The position numbers were made by a program, and so were the translations under genes. From positions 1,600,001 to 1,664,000 of the forward strand of contig OY820591.1 of assembly GCA_963555985.3 (NCBI GenBank): DNA of 64,000 nt, read 5' to 3'. The notes under the pieces were generated by a model. That model was not told the origin of the DNA and ran no database searches. It saw only the letters and a list, made by a program, of their open reading frames with translations. Each line of letters starts with the position of its first letter. Positions within the stretch are counted from its first letter, which is position 1. Below are positions 47,965 through 57,786 of this stretch, piece after piece. This DNA is from Dehalococcoidia bacterium. Its GTDB lineage: Bacteria; Chloroflexota; Dehalococcoidia; Bin125.

Positions 47965-50726
47965 GAGCCACCCCCCGCAGCAACGTCGGGCGCAATCGTG
48001 CGCAACTCCCGCTGCGCCTGATCGCGTAGCGCATAGAGCGCCGAAATCGCCTCCAGCGGAGTCATCCCATCGATATCAAGCTCGGCAAGATCTTGCAGCA
48101 CGGGATGAGTCGGCGGCGGCATCAGCATGAGCTGAGGCGTAGCCGCCGATCGCCGCCCAGAGAGCGACCGCCGGCTCCGCTTCCCTGCTCGTGCATTACG
48201 ATCCCCCGACTCCAACTCGCGGAGTAGCTCGGCTGCGCGGGCGACCACGCCGGCAGGAATCCCGGCCTGCGCGGCAACCTGCACACCATACGATCGGTCA
48301 GCCGCGCCGGGGCGAATGCTGTGCAGAAATTGAATTTTGCCTTGCTCGTCCTCTTCAACCTCAACGGCTGCATTGGCAATTCGCGGCATAGCGCCAGCGA
48401 GCGCCGTGAGTTCATGGAAGTGAGTCGCAAAGAGCGTGCGCGGCCCACGCCGCGGACGGCTCGATTCGCTCGCCAACTCCTCCGCCACCGCCTGCGCAAT
48501 CGCCAGACCGTCCCAGGTGCTGGTGCCGCGACCGATCTCGTCCAGCAGAATCAGAGAACGATCGGTCGCTCCGTGGAGCAAACGCGCAGTCTCAAGCATC
48601 TCGACCAGAAACGTGCTGCGTCCGGCCGCGAGATCGTCATGCGCGCCCACGCGGGCGAAGATCCGGTCAACCAATCCAATGCGGGCGGACTCCGCAGGCA
48701 CATAGGCGCCCATCTGGGCGAGGATGACGATCAGCGCCGCCTGACGCAGATAGGTGCTTTTGCCGGCCATGTTCGGCCCGGTCACGAGCAGGAGCTGGGG
48801 CGCGTGCAGGCCGTCGTCGGAGAGTTGCAGGTCGTTGGGCACGAATGCGCCCTGTGCGGCGGCGGCTTCAACCACGGGGTGCCGTCCTGCCGCGATCTCG
48901 AGCTCGCCGCTTACTTCAATCTGTGGCCGTGTCCAGGCATGGTCGGCGGCAAGGTCCGCGAGCGCGCAGGCGGCATCCAGGCGCGCGATCGCGCCCGCCG
49001 AGCGCAAAATGATCCCCGAGTCGCCGACCAGGGCGACGCGAAGCTGCTCCACACATTCCCGCTCAGCCTCGGCGAGCGCAATTTGGGCCGCCGTCAGTTC
49101 CTCTGCAATCTCGCGCAGCCGAGGCTCGCTATAGCGCTCACGGTCGCGCAGCGACTGCCGCCGTTCCCAGCCCTCCGGCGCGAGCCGCGCCTGTCCTCGC
49201 CGGAGCTCGATGTAGTGCCCGAACGTGCGGTGGTACCCGACTTTGAGATTGTTGATCCCGGATTCCCCGCGCAGTTGCGACTCCAGCTTGGCCAGACGTT
49301 CGTTCGCTGCATCGATCCGGGCAGCCGCACGATCGACGGCAGCGTCAATCCCGGCCCGGATCACACCTTGCCCGTACTCCGCCGGTGGTCGTTCGACCAG
49401 TGTCTGTGCGAGCAGTCTGGCGGACTCCGGAACCCGCCTCATGGGTTCGACAAGAGATACCAGCACGTCTTCGCCAGCCTGATCGACGGCGCGTTCGATT
49501 TGGGAAGTCAGCTCCCCGGCCGCAATCAGCCCGCGTGCAAGCGCGGCAAGGTCAGCAGGCGACGCGATACCCGTGGCGGCCCGCCCGAGCAGACGCTCCA
49601 GGTCGGGAATGTCGCGAAGTTCGGCAGCGAGCGAGCGGCGCAACGGCTGGCGGCGGAGCAAAGCCTCAATCCGATCGAGGCGGCGCTCAATCCGAGCCTG
49701 ATCCAGCAGTGGCGAGAGCAAGGCCGCGCGGAGCCAACGTCGACCGAGCACGCTCGCGCAACGATCCAGCACATCGAACAGGGTCCGCGGCATGCCGGGC
49801 GAACCAGCTCCCGGTCCCGTATCGACCAGCGCCAGCGCACGTTCGGTGGCCGCGTCCCACTGCAACCGCGCTTCGGGGATCACCAGTTGCGGCGCCTCCA
49901 GATGGCGAAACGAGCTGTATTGAGATTCGAGCTCGTCCTCGAGCTGGGGGAGTGCGTCATTGAGATACGCCAACAATGCGCCGACAGCCGAAAGCGTCGC
50001 CGGACGCTCGTCGAGGCCGAACGCGGCGGCCGGCGCTGAGTATTGGCTCTGCAACGCGGCTTCTGCACGGTCGCGGCGAAAGTCACGCGCCGGGCGTGGA
50101 TGCGGTTCGATGCCCAGGTCCGGCGGCGGCGCGGGATCGCCACTCTCATCGGAGCCAAAACCGTCGGATACAAGCAACTCGCGCACGCCGAACCGCTGAA
50201 GTTGATCGCGGAGCAGCTCCCACAGCTCAGACGGATCGGAGTCGGCCGCCGTTTGGATCAGCTCGCAGACCTGAAAGCGGCCGGTCGTGACATCGGCGCT
50301 GGCCAACCCGATGCGGAGCCGCCGCCGCTCTCGTTCGACATGGACAGCCGCGCAAGCGCTTGGCTCACCCGCTTCGAGCAAGGTCGGCTCTAGGGCGGTG
50401 CCGGGCGAGACCACCCGCACGACCCCGCGACGGACCAGCTTGCGCGAGGCTCGGGGATCTTCGAGTTGTTCGCAGATTGCGACCCGGTGCCCGCGTTCGA
50501 TCAGACGGGCGAGATGATGATCGACGTTTCTGACCGGCACGCCGGCCAAAGGGACGCGAAGGCCTGCGCCCATCGGTTTCGAGGTGAGGGTGATCCCCAG
50601 CTCACGCGAGACCAGCTCCGCGTCTTCGTCGAAGGTCTCGTAGAAATCACCCAGGCGGAAGAACAGGATCGCATCAGGATGGCGAGCCTTGAAGTGGAGG
50701 TACTGGCGGCGAACGGGTGTCGTCAT
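47961..50726 (-). CDS. mutS: DNA mismatch repair protein MutS
   Basis: FFRLGDFYETF, GRHPVVE, TGPNMAGKSTY, STFLVEM, DEIGRGTST, SYG. Confidence 0.97.
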   Translation of the reverse strand: MTTPVRRQYLHFKARHPDAILFFRLGDFYETFDEDAELVSRELGITLTSKPMGAGLRVPLAGVPVRNVDHHLARLIERGHRVAICEQLEDPRASRKLVRRGVVRVVSPGTALEPTLLEAGEPSACAAVHVERERRRLRIGLASADVTTGRFQVCELIQTAADSDPSELWELLRDQLQRFGVRELLVSDGFGSDESGDPAPPPDLGIEPHPRPARDFRRDRAEAALQSQYSAPAAAFGLDERPATLSAVGALLAYLNDALPQLEDELESQYSSFRHLEAPQLVIPEARLQWDAATERALALVDTGPGAGSPGMPRTLFDVLDRCASVLGRRWLRAALLSPLLDQARIERRLDRIEALLRRQPLRRSLAAELRDIPDLERLLGRAATGIASPADLAALARGLIAAGELTSQIERAVDQAGEDVLVSLVEPMRRVPESARLLAQTLVERPPAEYGQGVIRAGIDAAVDRAAARIDAANERLAKLESQLRGESGINNLKVGYHRTFGHYIELRRGQARLAPEGWERRQSLRDRERYSEPRLREIAEELTAAQIALAEAERECVEQLRVALVGDSGIILRSAGAIARLDAACALADLAADHAWTRPQIEVSGELEIAAGRHPVVEAAAAQGAFVPNDLQLSDDGLHAPQLLLVTGPNMAGKSTYLRQAALIVILAQMGAYVPAESARIGLVDRIFARVGAHDDLAAGRSTFLVEMLETARLLHGATDRSLILLDEIGRGTSTWDGLAIAQAVAEELASESSRPRRGPRTLFATHFHELTALAGAMPRIANAAVEVEEDEQGKIQFLHSIRPGAADRSYGVQVAAQAGIPAGVVARAAELLRELESGDRNARAGKRSRRSLSGRRSAATPQLMLMPPPTHPVLQDLAELDIDGMTPLEAISALYALRDQAQRELRTIAPDVAAGGGS

Positions 50727-51028
50727 GAGCTGATCTTACACGGAAACGTGTACGCGCCGATGCGCTGAACCGTACACCCAGATTAGCAATAGGAGATGCA
50801 GACTCGCGTTCCGGACCTGAAGACGCCGTCACGACGGTCGCCAGCGCGGATACTGATTCCCACAGTAGGCGCTGAGCCTGGTGCAGTCGGCATCAGGTTC
50901 TGTGAAGTGAACGCAGGGGGCGTCTGCGCGCCTACGAGCAGAGTTCGAGCACAGTCGCTCCGGTGCTTGTTCGAATGGACGAAGGTCTGTGCGGAGCGAC
51001 TCGGTTGCCGGTTTGCTCGGAGCGGGCC

Positions 51029-51270
51029 TAGGAATTTCCGGGTGGACGCGACGAATTCGCGGCCGAGGGCGGGGAATTGGGCGAGAGGTAGTCCGAGATA
51101 GTCCAGATTCGTCCAGATTCATCTGGATCTCAAGGGTGTTTGGAGTCGAACTGAACGTGTTGCTCCGAGTTTGTCCTGGATTGTCTAGGTGGATTCCGGT
51201 GGTCATGGCGAGTTCCGTTGGTTGCAGATGAGGACCGGATGCGGTCGATCGTATATGCACGAGCGTTCTG
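51029..51270 (-). repeat. Dispersed decamer-repeat element, copy C
   Basis: Reverse complement aligns by eye with 12878-13116. Confidence 0.75.
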
Positions 51271-51445
51271 TAGCAGATCGGGGAGTGAGTGGGGTGTTGC
51301 AGAGGGCACAATGGGGTTAGAGGCGACAGCAACTTCGTAGGCGCGGGAGGTAGCCGACTCCCTCCGCCCTCTGTCCAAGCCAGCGGCAGGCTTTCGGCCT
51401 CTCCCTCATGTGAGGGAGGGGAAAGAAGGCCGTGGCAAAACTCGA

Positions 51446-53350
51446 CTAGTCTCCGGCGACTGCGGTGAGCATGGCGACGAAGCGATCTTCCACGCGCACG
51501 GCGTTCGGGGCGAGTTCGCGGCAGACATCGCAGCGGATGCACTTGGCGTCGTCGATGCTCCAGCCGCTCGGCTCGCCTTCGTCGTCTTCACGCTGAAGGA
51601 TCGCCTGCGTGGGACAGAGCTCGGCTGCCTCTGCGAGCGCCGGTTCCGCTGGGTCGGTGACGAGGTAGCGAATCAACCCGGGCGCGGCCTTGGCCGGATC
51701 GCGCTTGTCGTCGATGTGAATGTCGAGCTCGTCGCGGAAGTAGTTGACCAATCCGCGCACGGCGTAGGGCGTGAACTGTCCGTGCAGACAGTTGGCGTTT
51801 TGCAAGGTGCGATCGATCGCGCCGATCCGTTCGAGGTCTTCCTGGCGTCCGTCGCCGTGCAGGATTCGCTCGAGCACTTCAACCAAGCGCTGGGAACCGC
51901 CGTGACAGGTGGTGCAACGGCCGCAGGACTCGTCCTCGCAGAACTCGGAGAAGTAGAGCGTGAGGTCAACCGCCGAGGCGCGCTCATCGAACAGAATCAG
52001 CCCACCGGAGCCGAGCAGCACCCCGCGCTGGGTGAAGGGCGGGCGTTCGAGCGCCAGCCCGAGATCGGAGGCCGGCAAGAGTCCGCCCAGGGGACCGCCG
52101 GGTTGGATGCCTTTGGGCGTATGTCCGTCCGGCGGACCGCCGCCTGCGCCGAGCAGCAACTCGTCCATCGGCAGCCCGAAGGGAACCTCGAGGATGCCCG
52201 GGCGTTGCAGCGAACCGGAGATGCTGAACATCTTGGTGCCCGGATCGGACTCGGTGCCGAACTGCCGGTACCAGGCTGCGCCGTTGCGGACGATCGAGGG
52301 GACGTTGGCGTAGGTCTCGGTGTTGTTGACGTTGGAGGGCTGATCGAAGACTCCGCGCTGAGCAGGGAAGGGCGGACGAATCTTGGGCATCCCGCGCAGA
52401 CCCTCAACGGAGGCGATCAGGCCGGTCTCCTCGCCGCAGACATACGAGCCTGCGCCGCGGGTGATTTCGAGGTCGAAACTGAAGTCGGAGCCGAGCAGGT
52501 TTGAGCCCAGCAAGCCGCGCTCACGCGCCTGCTCGATCGCCAATTCCATTCGCGCAATGGCCAACGGGTATTCGTCGCGGATATAGACGAAGCCGTAGTC
52601 GGAGCCGGTCGCGCGGCCCGCGATCGCCATGCCCTCGATCACGAGGTGCGGGTCGGATTCCATCAGGACGCGGTTGACGAACGCGCCGGGGTCGCCCTCA
52701 TCGGCATTGCAGACCAGGTACTTGGTCGGGCCCGGCGCGCCGAGCAGGAACTTCCACTTCTGACCCGCAGGGAAACCACCGCCGCCGCGACCGCCGACGC
52801 CGGCGGCGAGCACGAGGTCGCAGATCGCCATCGGGTTCATCTCGACCGCGCGGTCAAGCGCTTCATATGCGCCCTCGGCGATCGCCTCGTCGATCCGCTC
52901 CGGGTCGATGATGCCCATGAACTCCATCAAGCGGCGCTCCTGGAGCGACCAGAAGGGATGCTCGCTGAGCGGGGGCACGCCGGGCGCGGGCAAGCGCGCG
53001 CCGATGATCCAACGTTCGGCGTCAGCGGCCGGGTTGTCGCCCAAGGCGGCCGAGAGGAAATCCGCTGCGTCGGCAGGCTGTACCGGTCCGTAGACCACGG
53101 CTCCGGCGCCGGGCGTCTGAATCTCGACGGTCGGTTCCAGCCAGGAAAGTCCGAGCGTTCCCACCCGCATCAGTTCGGCGTCGTAAGCGCCCGACTCCAG
53201 TTCGGCCTCCAGCGCTTCCCAGAGCAGGTCGGCGCCGGCGGCGATGGAGGAGGTTGAGAGATCGACGCGGATCAGGGGGCGCGCAGGGGCTCGGCGCGCG
53301 GCGGCGCTGGCCTCAGCGGCTTCGCGGACGGCCTGGTATTCGCTGCTCAT
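51446..53350 (-). CDS. NuoF/HydB-like NAD(H)-binding flavoprotein subunit
   Basis: GRGGGGFPAG, CNADEGDPGA, GAGSYVCGEET, ESCGRCTTC, C-terminal CIRCDVC. Confidence 0.92.
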   Translation of the reverse strand: MSSEYQAVREAAEASAAARRAPARPLIRVDLSTSSIAAGADLLWEALEAELESGAYDAELMRVGTLGLSWLEPTVEIQTPGAGAVVYGPVQPADAADFLSAALGDNPAADAERWIIGARLPAPGVPPLSEHPFWSLQERRLMEFMGIIDPERIDEAIAEGAYEALDRAVEMNPMAICDLVLAAGVGGRGGGGFPAGQKWKFLLGAPGPTKYLVCNADEGDPGAFVNRVLMESDPHLVIEGMAIAGRATGSDYGFVYIRDEYPLAIARMELAIEQARERGLLGSNLLGSDFSFDLEITRGAGSYVCGEETGLIASVEGLRGMPKIRPPFPAQRGVFDQPSNVNNTETYANVPSIVRNGAAWYRQFGTESDPGTKMFSISGSLQRPGILEVPFGLPMDELLLGAGGGPPDGHTPKGIQPGGPLGGLLPASDLGLALERPPFTQRGVLLGSGGLILFDERASAVDLTLYFSEFCEDESCGRCTTCHGGSQRLVEVLERILHGDGRQEDLERIGAIDRTLQNANCLHGQFTPYAVRGLVNYFRDELDIHIDDKRDPAKAAPGLIRYLVTDPAEPALAEAAELCPTQAILQREDDEGEPSGWSIDDAKCIRCDVCRELAPNAVRVEDRFVAMLTAVAGD

Positions 53351-53910
53351 GCGATCTCCTCGCCGGAGTGCCCATTGCCCTGGTGGTACGTCGCCTCAGC
53401 ATCAACGAAGACCGCCGGCGCGATCTTGATCGGGCGTTGCGGCCATTCGAGCACGTCTTCGCCAGCGCGCAAGCGTCGCGCGAGCTTGACCGTCTCGACC
53501 ATCGTCAGCGGTCCCACCACGCGCCCGTTGACCCAGACCATCGGCGCTTTCTCACAGGTGCCGTTGCACTGGCCCAGCCAGAGCCCGAGCTCGTCGTCGT
53601 CCGTGTTCTCTCCGAGCTTGCAGCCGAATTCAGCCTCGAAGATGCGGCGAACCCGGTCGCCGCCGACCACGCGGCAGGATGGTCCGGAGCACCAGGTGAC
53701 CAGCGTCTTGGGCGGCGGCGAATGCCGGAATTCGGCGTAGAACGTGGCGGGACCGTAGACCTGCGCCTCGCTCACGCGGAGGTGACGAGCGATCAGGCGG
53801 ATCGCGTCGCGCGAGATCCAGCCCAGTTCTTCCTGAGCGAGATGAAGGGCGCGCAGCATCTGACCCTGATGGCGGGGCAGCTGCTTCAAGAGTCCGGCAA
53901 AGCGTTCCAT
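53347..53910 (-). CDS. NuoE/HydC-like 2Fe-2S subunit
   Basis: QEELGWI, ATFY, CSGPSC, CNGTCEKAP. Confidence 0.92.
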   Translation of the reverse strand: MERFAGLLKQLPRHQGQMLRALHLAQEELGWISRDAIRLIARHLRVSEAQVYGPATFYAEFRHSPPPKTLVTWCSGPSCRVVGGDRVRRIFEAEFGCKLGENTDDDELGLWLGQCNGTCEKAPMVWVNGRVVGPLTMVETVKLARRLRAGEDVLEWPQRPIKIAPAVFVDAEATYHQGNGHSGEEIA

Positions 53911-54003
53911 GGCAGTCCAGAGCGCGGGCGCGCCGGTCGGGAGCGACGCTGAGCTAGATGCTATCCGCGCACCAGCGGGCGAACAAGGCCGCGTCTTCGG
54001 CGG

Positions 54004-54930
54004 TTAGGCGTTGTAGTTGAGACGCAGCCCGGGACGCGGCCAGTCGCAGGCGATCAGGCGTCCGGTGGTGCTCAACGTGATGTAGGCGGTGCGCATGTCT
54101 GCGCCGCCGAAACAGATGTTGGTCGTGAGCGGATCATCACCGACGGCGACGTGTTCGACCTCGCCGCTCTCGGGGTTGATCACGGTGATACCGCCCGGGC
54201 CAATCGTGGCGACGCAGACGTTGCCGTTCTCTTCCACGGCCAGCGAGTCGAAGAGCGTGTAGCCGCCTGCGTTGGCGATGAAGGCGTGGAATCCCGCAAC
54301 AGCGTTGTCCGCCGCGAGCACACCCGGCTCCGCGATCTCCCAGCCGAAGAGACGTCCGGTCGGCGTCTCGGCGATGTAGACGTGGTCGCCGTTGGGCGAG
54401 AGACCAACCCCATTCGCGCCGCCCGGGATCGGGAAGACGGCGCGCGAGATCTGCGATCCGTCCGCCTTGGCGTAGTAGAGCGCGCCGAGATCGCGGTCGA
54501 ACTCCCGATTCTTGCCGAGATCGGAGAACCAGAATCCGCCGTGCGCGTCGAACACGATGTCGTTCGGCCCCTTGAGCGGGATCCCGTCGCATTCCGTGTA
54601 GACGGTCTCGACCGCGCCGGTTTCGAGGTTGACGCGCTGAATGGAGCCGCCCGCGTAGTCGTCCGGCTGCGGACCCGGCAGAATCCGGCCGCCGCTGCGA
54701 TTCCAGCGAAAGCCGCCGTTGTTCGTAATCCAGACATGCCCATCGGGTCCAAGCGCCGCACCGTTAGGACCGCCGCCGGTGTCGGCGATCACGCTGACCC
54801 GACCGTCGGGTGTGACACGAGAGAGGGTGGGCCGGGCGATTTCGGTGAGGATGACGGATCCGTCGTCCATGGCGATCGGGCCTTCGGGGAACTGAAGGCC
54901 GGAGGCGAGCTCGCGGAATTCCATCGTCAT
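54004..54930 (-). CDS. SMP-30/gluconolactonase family protein
   Basis: GLQFPEGP, GPND, NGVGLSP, DSLAV, TNICFGG. Confidence 0.92.
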   Translation of the reverse strand: MTMEFRELASGLQFPEGPIAMDDGSVILTEIARPTLSRVTPDGRVSVIADTGGGPNGAALGPDGHVWITNNGGFRWNRSGGRILPGPQPDDYAGGSIQRVNLETGAVETVYTECDGIPLKGPNDIVFDAHGGFWFSDLGKNREFDRDLGALYYAKADGSQISRAVFPIPGGANGVGLSPNGDHVYIAETPTGRLFGWEIAEPGVLAADNAVAGFHAFIANAGGYTLFDSLAVEENGNVCVATIGPGGITVINPESGEVEHVAVGDDPLTTNICFGGADMRTAYITLSTTGRLIACDWPRPGLRLNYNA

Positions 54931-55003
54931 GGGGCGCTCCAGACGCTGAGCGGGAGATGAGTGTCGCGTGAATGCAGAATATGCGACAACGCGAGCCGAC
55001 CGG

Positions 55004-55342
55004 CTAGCCGGTCTGGAGGAAGTAGGTGCGGCCGTTGGGTGGACCGGTGATGTGGTCGATCCGCAGCAGGAGTTGCGCGTCCCGACCGGCCCGGAGCACG
55101 ATCTCCGGCCGTCCGGCGTAGAACAGCGCCTCGAGCGCGCCGTGCGGTTCGACGTTGGTGATTTGGAGGTCGTACGCCTCGTCGGGGATCGACGGGTCTC
55201 GAGGCCGGACTGAGCCGCGCGCCACGAGTGCGCCTGAACGGGTCAAGATCGTGCAGGACTCGGGGCTGACCTGGGAGCGGGCTCGCTGAGCAGTTGGGGT
55301 GACGGGCAGGGGAGCTGCATCGACTCGGGTGACCATGGACAT
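55004..55342 (-). CDS. Hypothetical protein
   Basis: 112-aa ORF filling the gap; GAGAGG upstream of an internal ATG; no motif recognised. Confidence 0.4.
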   Translation of the reverse strand: MSMVTRVDAAPLPVTPTAQRARSQVSPESCTILTRSGALVARGSVRPRDPSIPDEAYDLQITNVEPHGALEALFYAGRPEIVLRAGRDAQLLLRIDHITGPPNGRTYFLQTG

Positions 55343-55553
55343 CCTCTCGCTCGCCGCCGCCAGGCTCCATTCCGCTTTAGCAAGCGCGGCGAAGCAGCGT
55401 CAAATTGGACTTCCAAATCAGGCGCGAACGAGGGCCGCCTATCCACGATCAGGGACGTGCTGCTGTGGAGACGGTGTACGCGCTGCCCGCTGAGCGATCG
55501 CAGACCGGCTTGTATTCTGCAAACGAATCGAGATCGACAGAAAGGGAACGATT

Positions 55554-56504
55554 ATGGCAGGACGACTGGATGGACGGGTGGCGATCGTCACCGGCGCCGG
55601 GCGCGGGATCGGACGGGGCCACGCGCTGCTGCTCGCGCAGGAGGGCGCGAAGGTTGTGGTCAACGACTACGGCGGCTCGCAGGGTGGGGAATTGGACGGC
55701 GCTGCCGGCCCCGCCGACGAGGTGGTCGCTCAGATCAAGGAAGCCGGCGGCGATGCGGCGGCCAACTACGAGTCAGTGGCTGAGATGGCCGCCGGCGAGC
55801 GGATGGTGCAGCAGGCCCTGGACTCGTTCGGACGGCTGGACATTCTGATCAACAACGCCGGCATCTTGCGCGACCGGATGGTCTTCAACATGACCGAGGA
55901 AGAGTGGGATGTCGTCGTTGATGTGCATCTCAAGGGTCACTTCACGGTCACCAAGTACGCCGCCCAGGTCTTCCGCCAGCAGCGCGGCGGGCGGATCGTG
56001 AACACGTCCTCCGAGTCTGGCCTGGGCAACATGGGCCAAGCCAACTATGCGGCGGCCAAGGAAGGCATCGTCGGACTGACCCGCACGCTCGCCCGCGACC
56101 TCGGCCGCTACGGCGTGACGGCGAACGCGATTCGACCCCGAGCAGGCACGCGGCTAACGCTGACCGAAGAACTGGCCGAAGCCCAGCGCCGCGCGCGCGA
56201 AGCCGGACTCGTCGCCGGTGACGCGGGCGACATCGACTTCGGCTCCGACCGCGAAACGATGATGCAGCCGGAGAACGTCTCGCCGTTCGTGGTCTGGCTC
56301 TGCACCGACGCGGCGGCGAACGTGAACGGGCGCGACTTCCTGGTCTGGGGCAACGAGGTCGGGATGTATTCGCTGCCGAAGGTCGAAGCGTCGATCTATG
56401 CCTCCGGCCTGAGTTGGACGATGGACGAGCTCGATCGCGTTGCCTCCCAGTCCTATCTGGGTAGCCAGAAGAATCTGTGGCCGGCGCAGGCGCCGCGGCA
56501 GTGA
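55554..56504 (+). CDS. SDR family oxidoreductase
   Basis: TGAGRGIG, NNAGILRD, YAAAK. Confidence 0.95.
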   Translation: MAGRLDGRVAIVTGAGRGIGRGHALLLAQEGAKVVVNDYGGSQGGELDGAAGPADEVVAQIKEAGGDAAANYESVAEMAAGERMVQQALDSFGRLDILINNAGILRDRMVFNMTEEEWDVVVDVHLKGHFTVTKYAAQVFRQQRGGRIVNTSSESGLGNMGQANYAAAKEGIVGLTRTLARDLGRYGVTANAIRPRAGTRLTLTEELAEAQRRAREAGLVAGDAGDIDFGSDRETMMQPENVSPFVVWLCTDAAANVNGRDFLVWGNEVGMYSLPKVEASIYASGLSWTMDELDRVASQSYLGSQKNLWPAQAPRQ

Positions 56505-56545
56505 GGTCTAGGCGCTGAACCGCGCTCCAAGAGGAAGGAACTGAG

Positions 56546-57238
56546 ATGGCGATTCTGAGCCATGAAACCGTTGAGTTCGCCGCCAATGGCGGAACCGCGA
56601 GCGGATACCTCGCGCGTCCGGTCGACGGCGGCCCCTACCCGGGCGTGGTCGTGATCCAGGAATGGTGGGGACTGAACCCCAACATCTGCGATATCGCAAA
56701 CCGGATCGCAGCGGAAGGCTACGTCGCCTTAGCGCCGGATCTCTTCCACGGCGCAGTCACCGCCGAACCGGATGAGGCGCAGAAGCTGATGATGACGCTC
56801 CAGGAGCCGCAGGCGCTGGTCGACATGTCCGGCGCGGTAGCTGCGCTTCAGGCGCGTGACGATGTTCGCGCCGATCGCATCGGCGTGACCGGCTTCTGCC
56901 TCGGCGGCGGCATGTCGCTGCTGCTAGCGATGAACGATCCCGCGATCACGGCCGCGGCGCCGTTCTACGGTGTCCCGGGCGCGGGCATGGACGACGCCGA
57001 CCAGATCATGGGCGCGGTGTTGGGCTTCTACGCCGGTCACGACGACTGGGTAAACGCCGAAGTGGTCGCCGGGATCGAAGCGGCGCTCAACAACGCGGGC
57101 GTCCGCAACGAGATCCACGTCTACCCGAACTCGCATCACGGATTCTTCAATGACACCAGCGACATCTACGATCCCGAAGCCTCAGCCGACGCCTGGGAGC
57201 GGCTGAAGGCGTTCTTCGCGGCGGAATTGCAAGCCTGA
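56546..57238 (+). CDS. Dienelactone hydrolase family protein
   Basis: IQEWWG, GFCLGG, HGFFND. Confidence 0.93.
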   Translation: MAILSHETVEFAANGGTASGYLARPVDGGPYPGVVVIQEWWGLNPNICDIANRIAAEGYVALAPDLFHGAVTAEPDEAQKLMMTLQEPQALVDMSGAVAALQARDDVRADRIGVTGFCLGGGMSLLLAMNDPAITAAAPFYGVPGAGMDDADQIMGAVLGFYAGHDDWVNAEVVAGIEAALNNAGVRNEIHVYPNSHHGFFNDTSDIYDPEASADAWERLKAFFAAELQA

Positions 57239-57261
57239 GCGTACGCAACTCAGGAACGTGA

Positions 57262-57287
57262 AACGCGCCCGCTCGCACGGGCGCGTT
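57262..57287. terminator. Hairpin between convergent genes
   Basis: aacgcgcccg...cgggcgcgtt 10-bp stem. Confidence 0.65.
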
Positions 57288-57324
57288 CTCGTATGTACGG
57301 CGGAGCTCGGACGGGATGTTTCGC

Positions 57325-57657
57325 CTACAACTCCAACATCCCCGTCTCGCCGTGCTCGTCGTCGCCTTCGAGTTCTTCATCTGCGCCCAGACCGACGCCG
57401 ATGTAGACGAAGCCGCCGGCGGCGAGACCGATGAACAATCCCGCGGCGATGATGATCCAGAGCAGCCAGGCGTCGAAGCCGCCGTTGGCGGAGGAGAGAT
57501 GCTGGTTGCCGGCGCCGAGGTTGACCAGGATTGCGTGTACAACGATGCCGACCACCCCGCCGACGACCATGCCCGGCAGCAGCAGGGCCATCTGGATCGG
57601 AATCGGAGCGTCTTTGAGCCACTGCGGCATCATGAAGGACGGTACGAGCGGGGGCAT
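57325..57657 (-). CDS. Small membrane protein
   Basis: GGAGG RBS, two TM segments, acidic tail. Confidence 0.6.
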   Translation of the reverse strand: MPPLVPSFMMPQWLKDAPIPIQMALLLPGMVVGGVVGIVVHAILVNLGAGNQHLSSANGGFDAWLLWIIIAAGLFIGLAAGGFVYIGVGLGADEELEGDDEHGETGMLEL

Positions 57658-57786
57658 GAGCAAACCTCCGGTACGTGTGCGGTTGTACCATGCAGTATCG
57701 CGCGGGAGCGGGTTGGCGTCTAGCCGGAGCGCCGTAATTGTCGAAAGCGATACCGCCAGAGCCGGATCATGGCTAGGCTGACCGTC

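Noticed and set aside
46129-50039. Long plus-strand ORFs (630 aa, 572 aa) opposite mutL/mutS, and similar shadows such as 22315-23991 and 15407-16696
   Set aside because: Expected antisense open frames in high-GC coding DNA; no recognisable motifs
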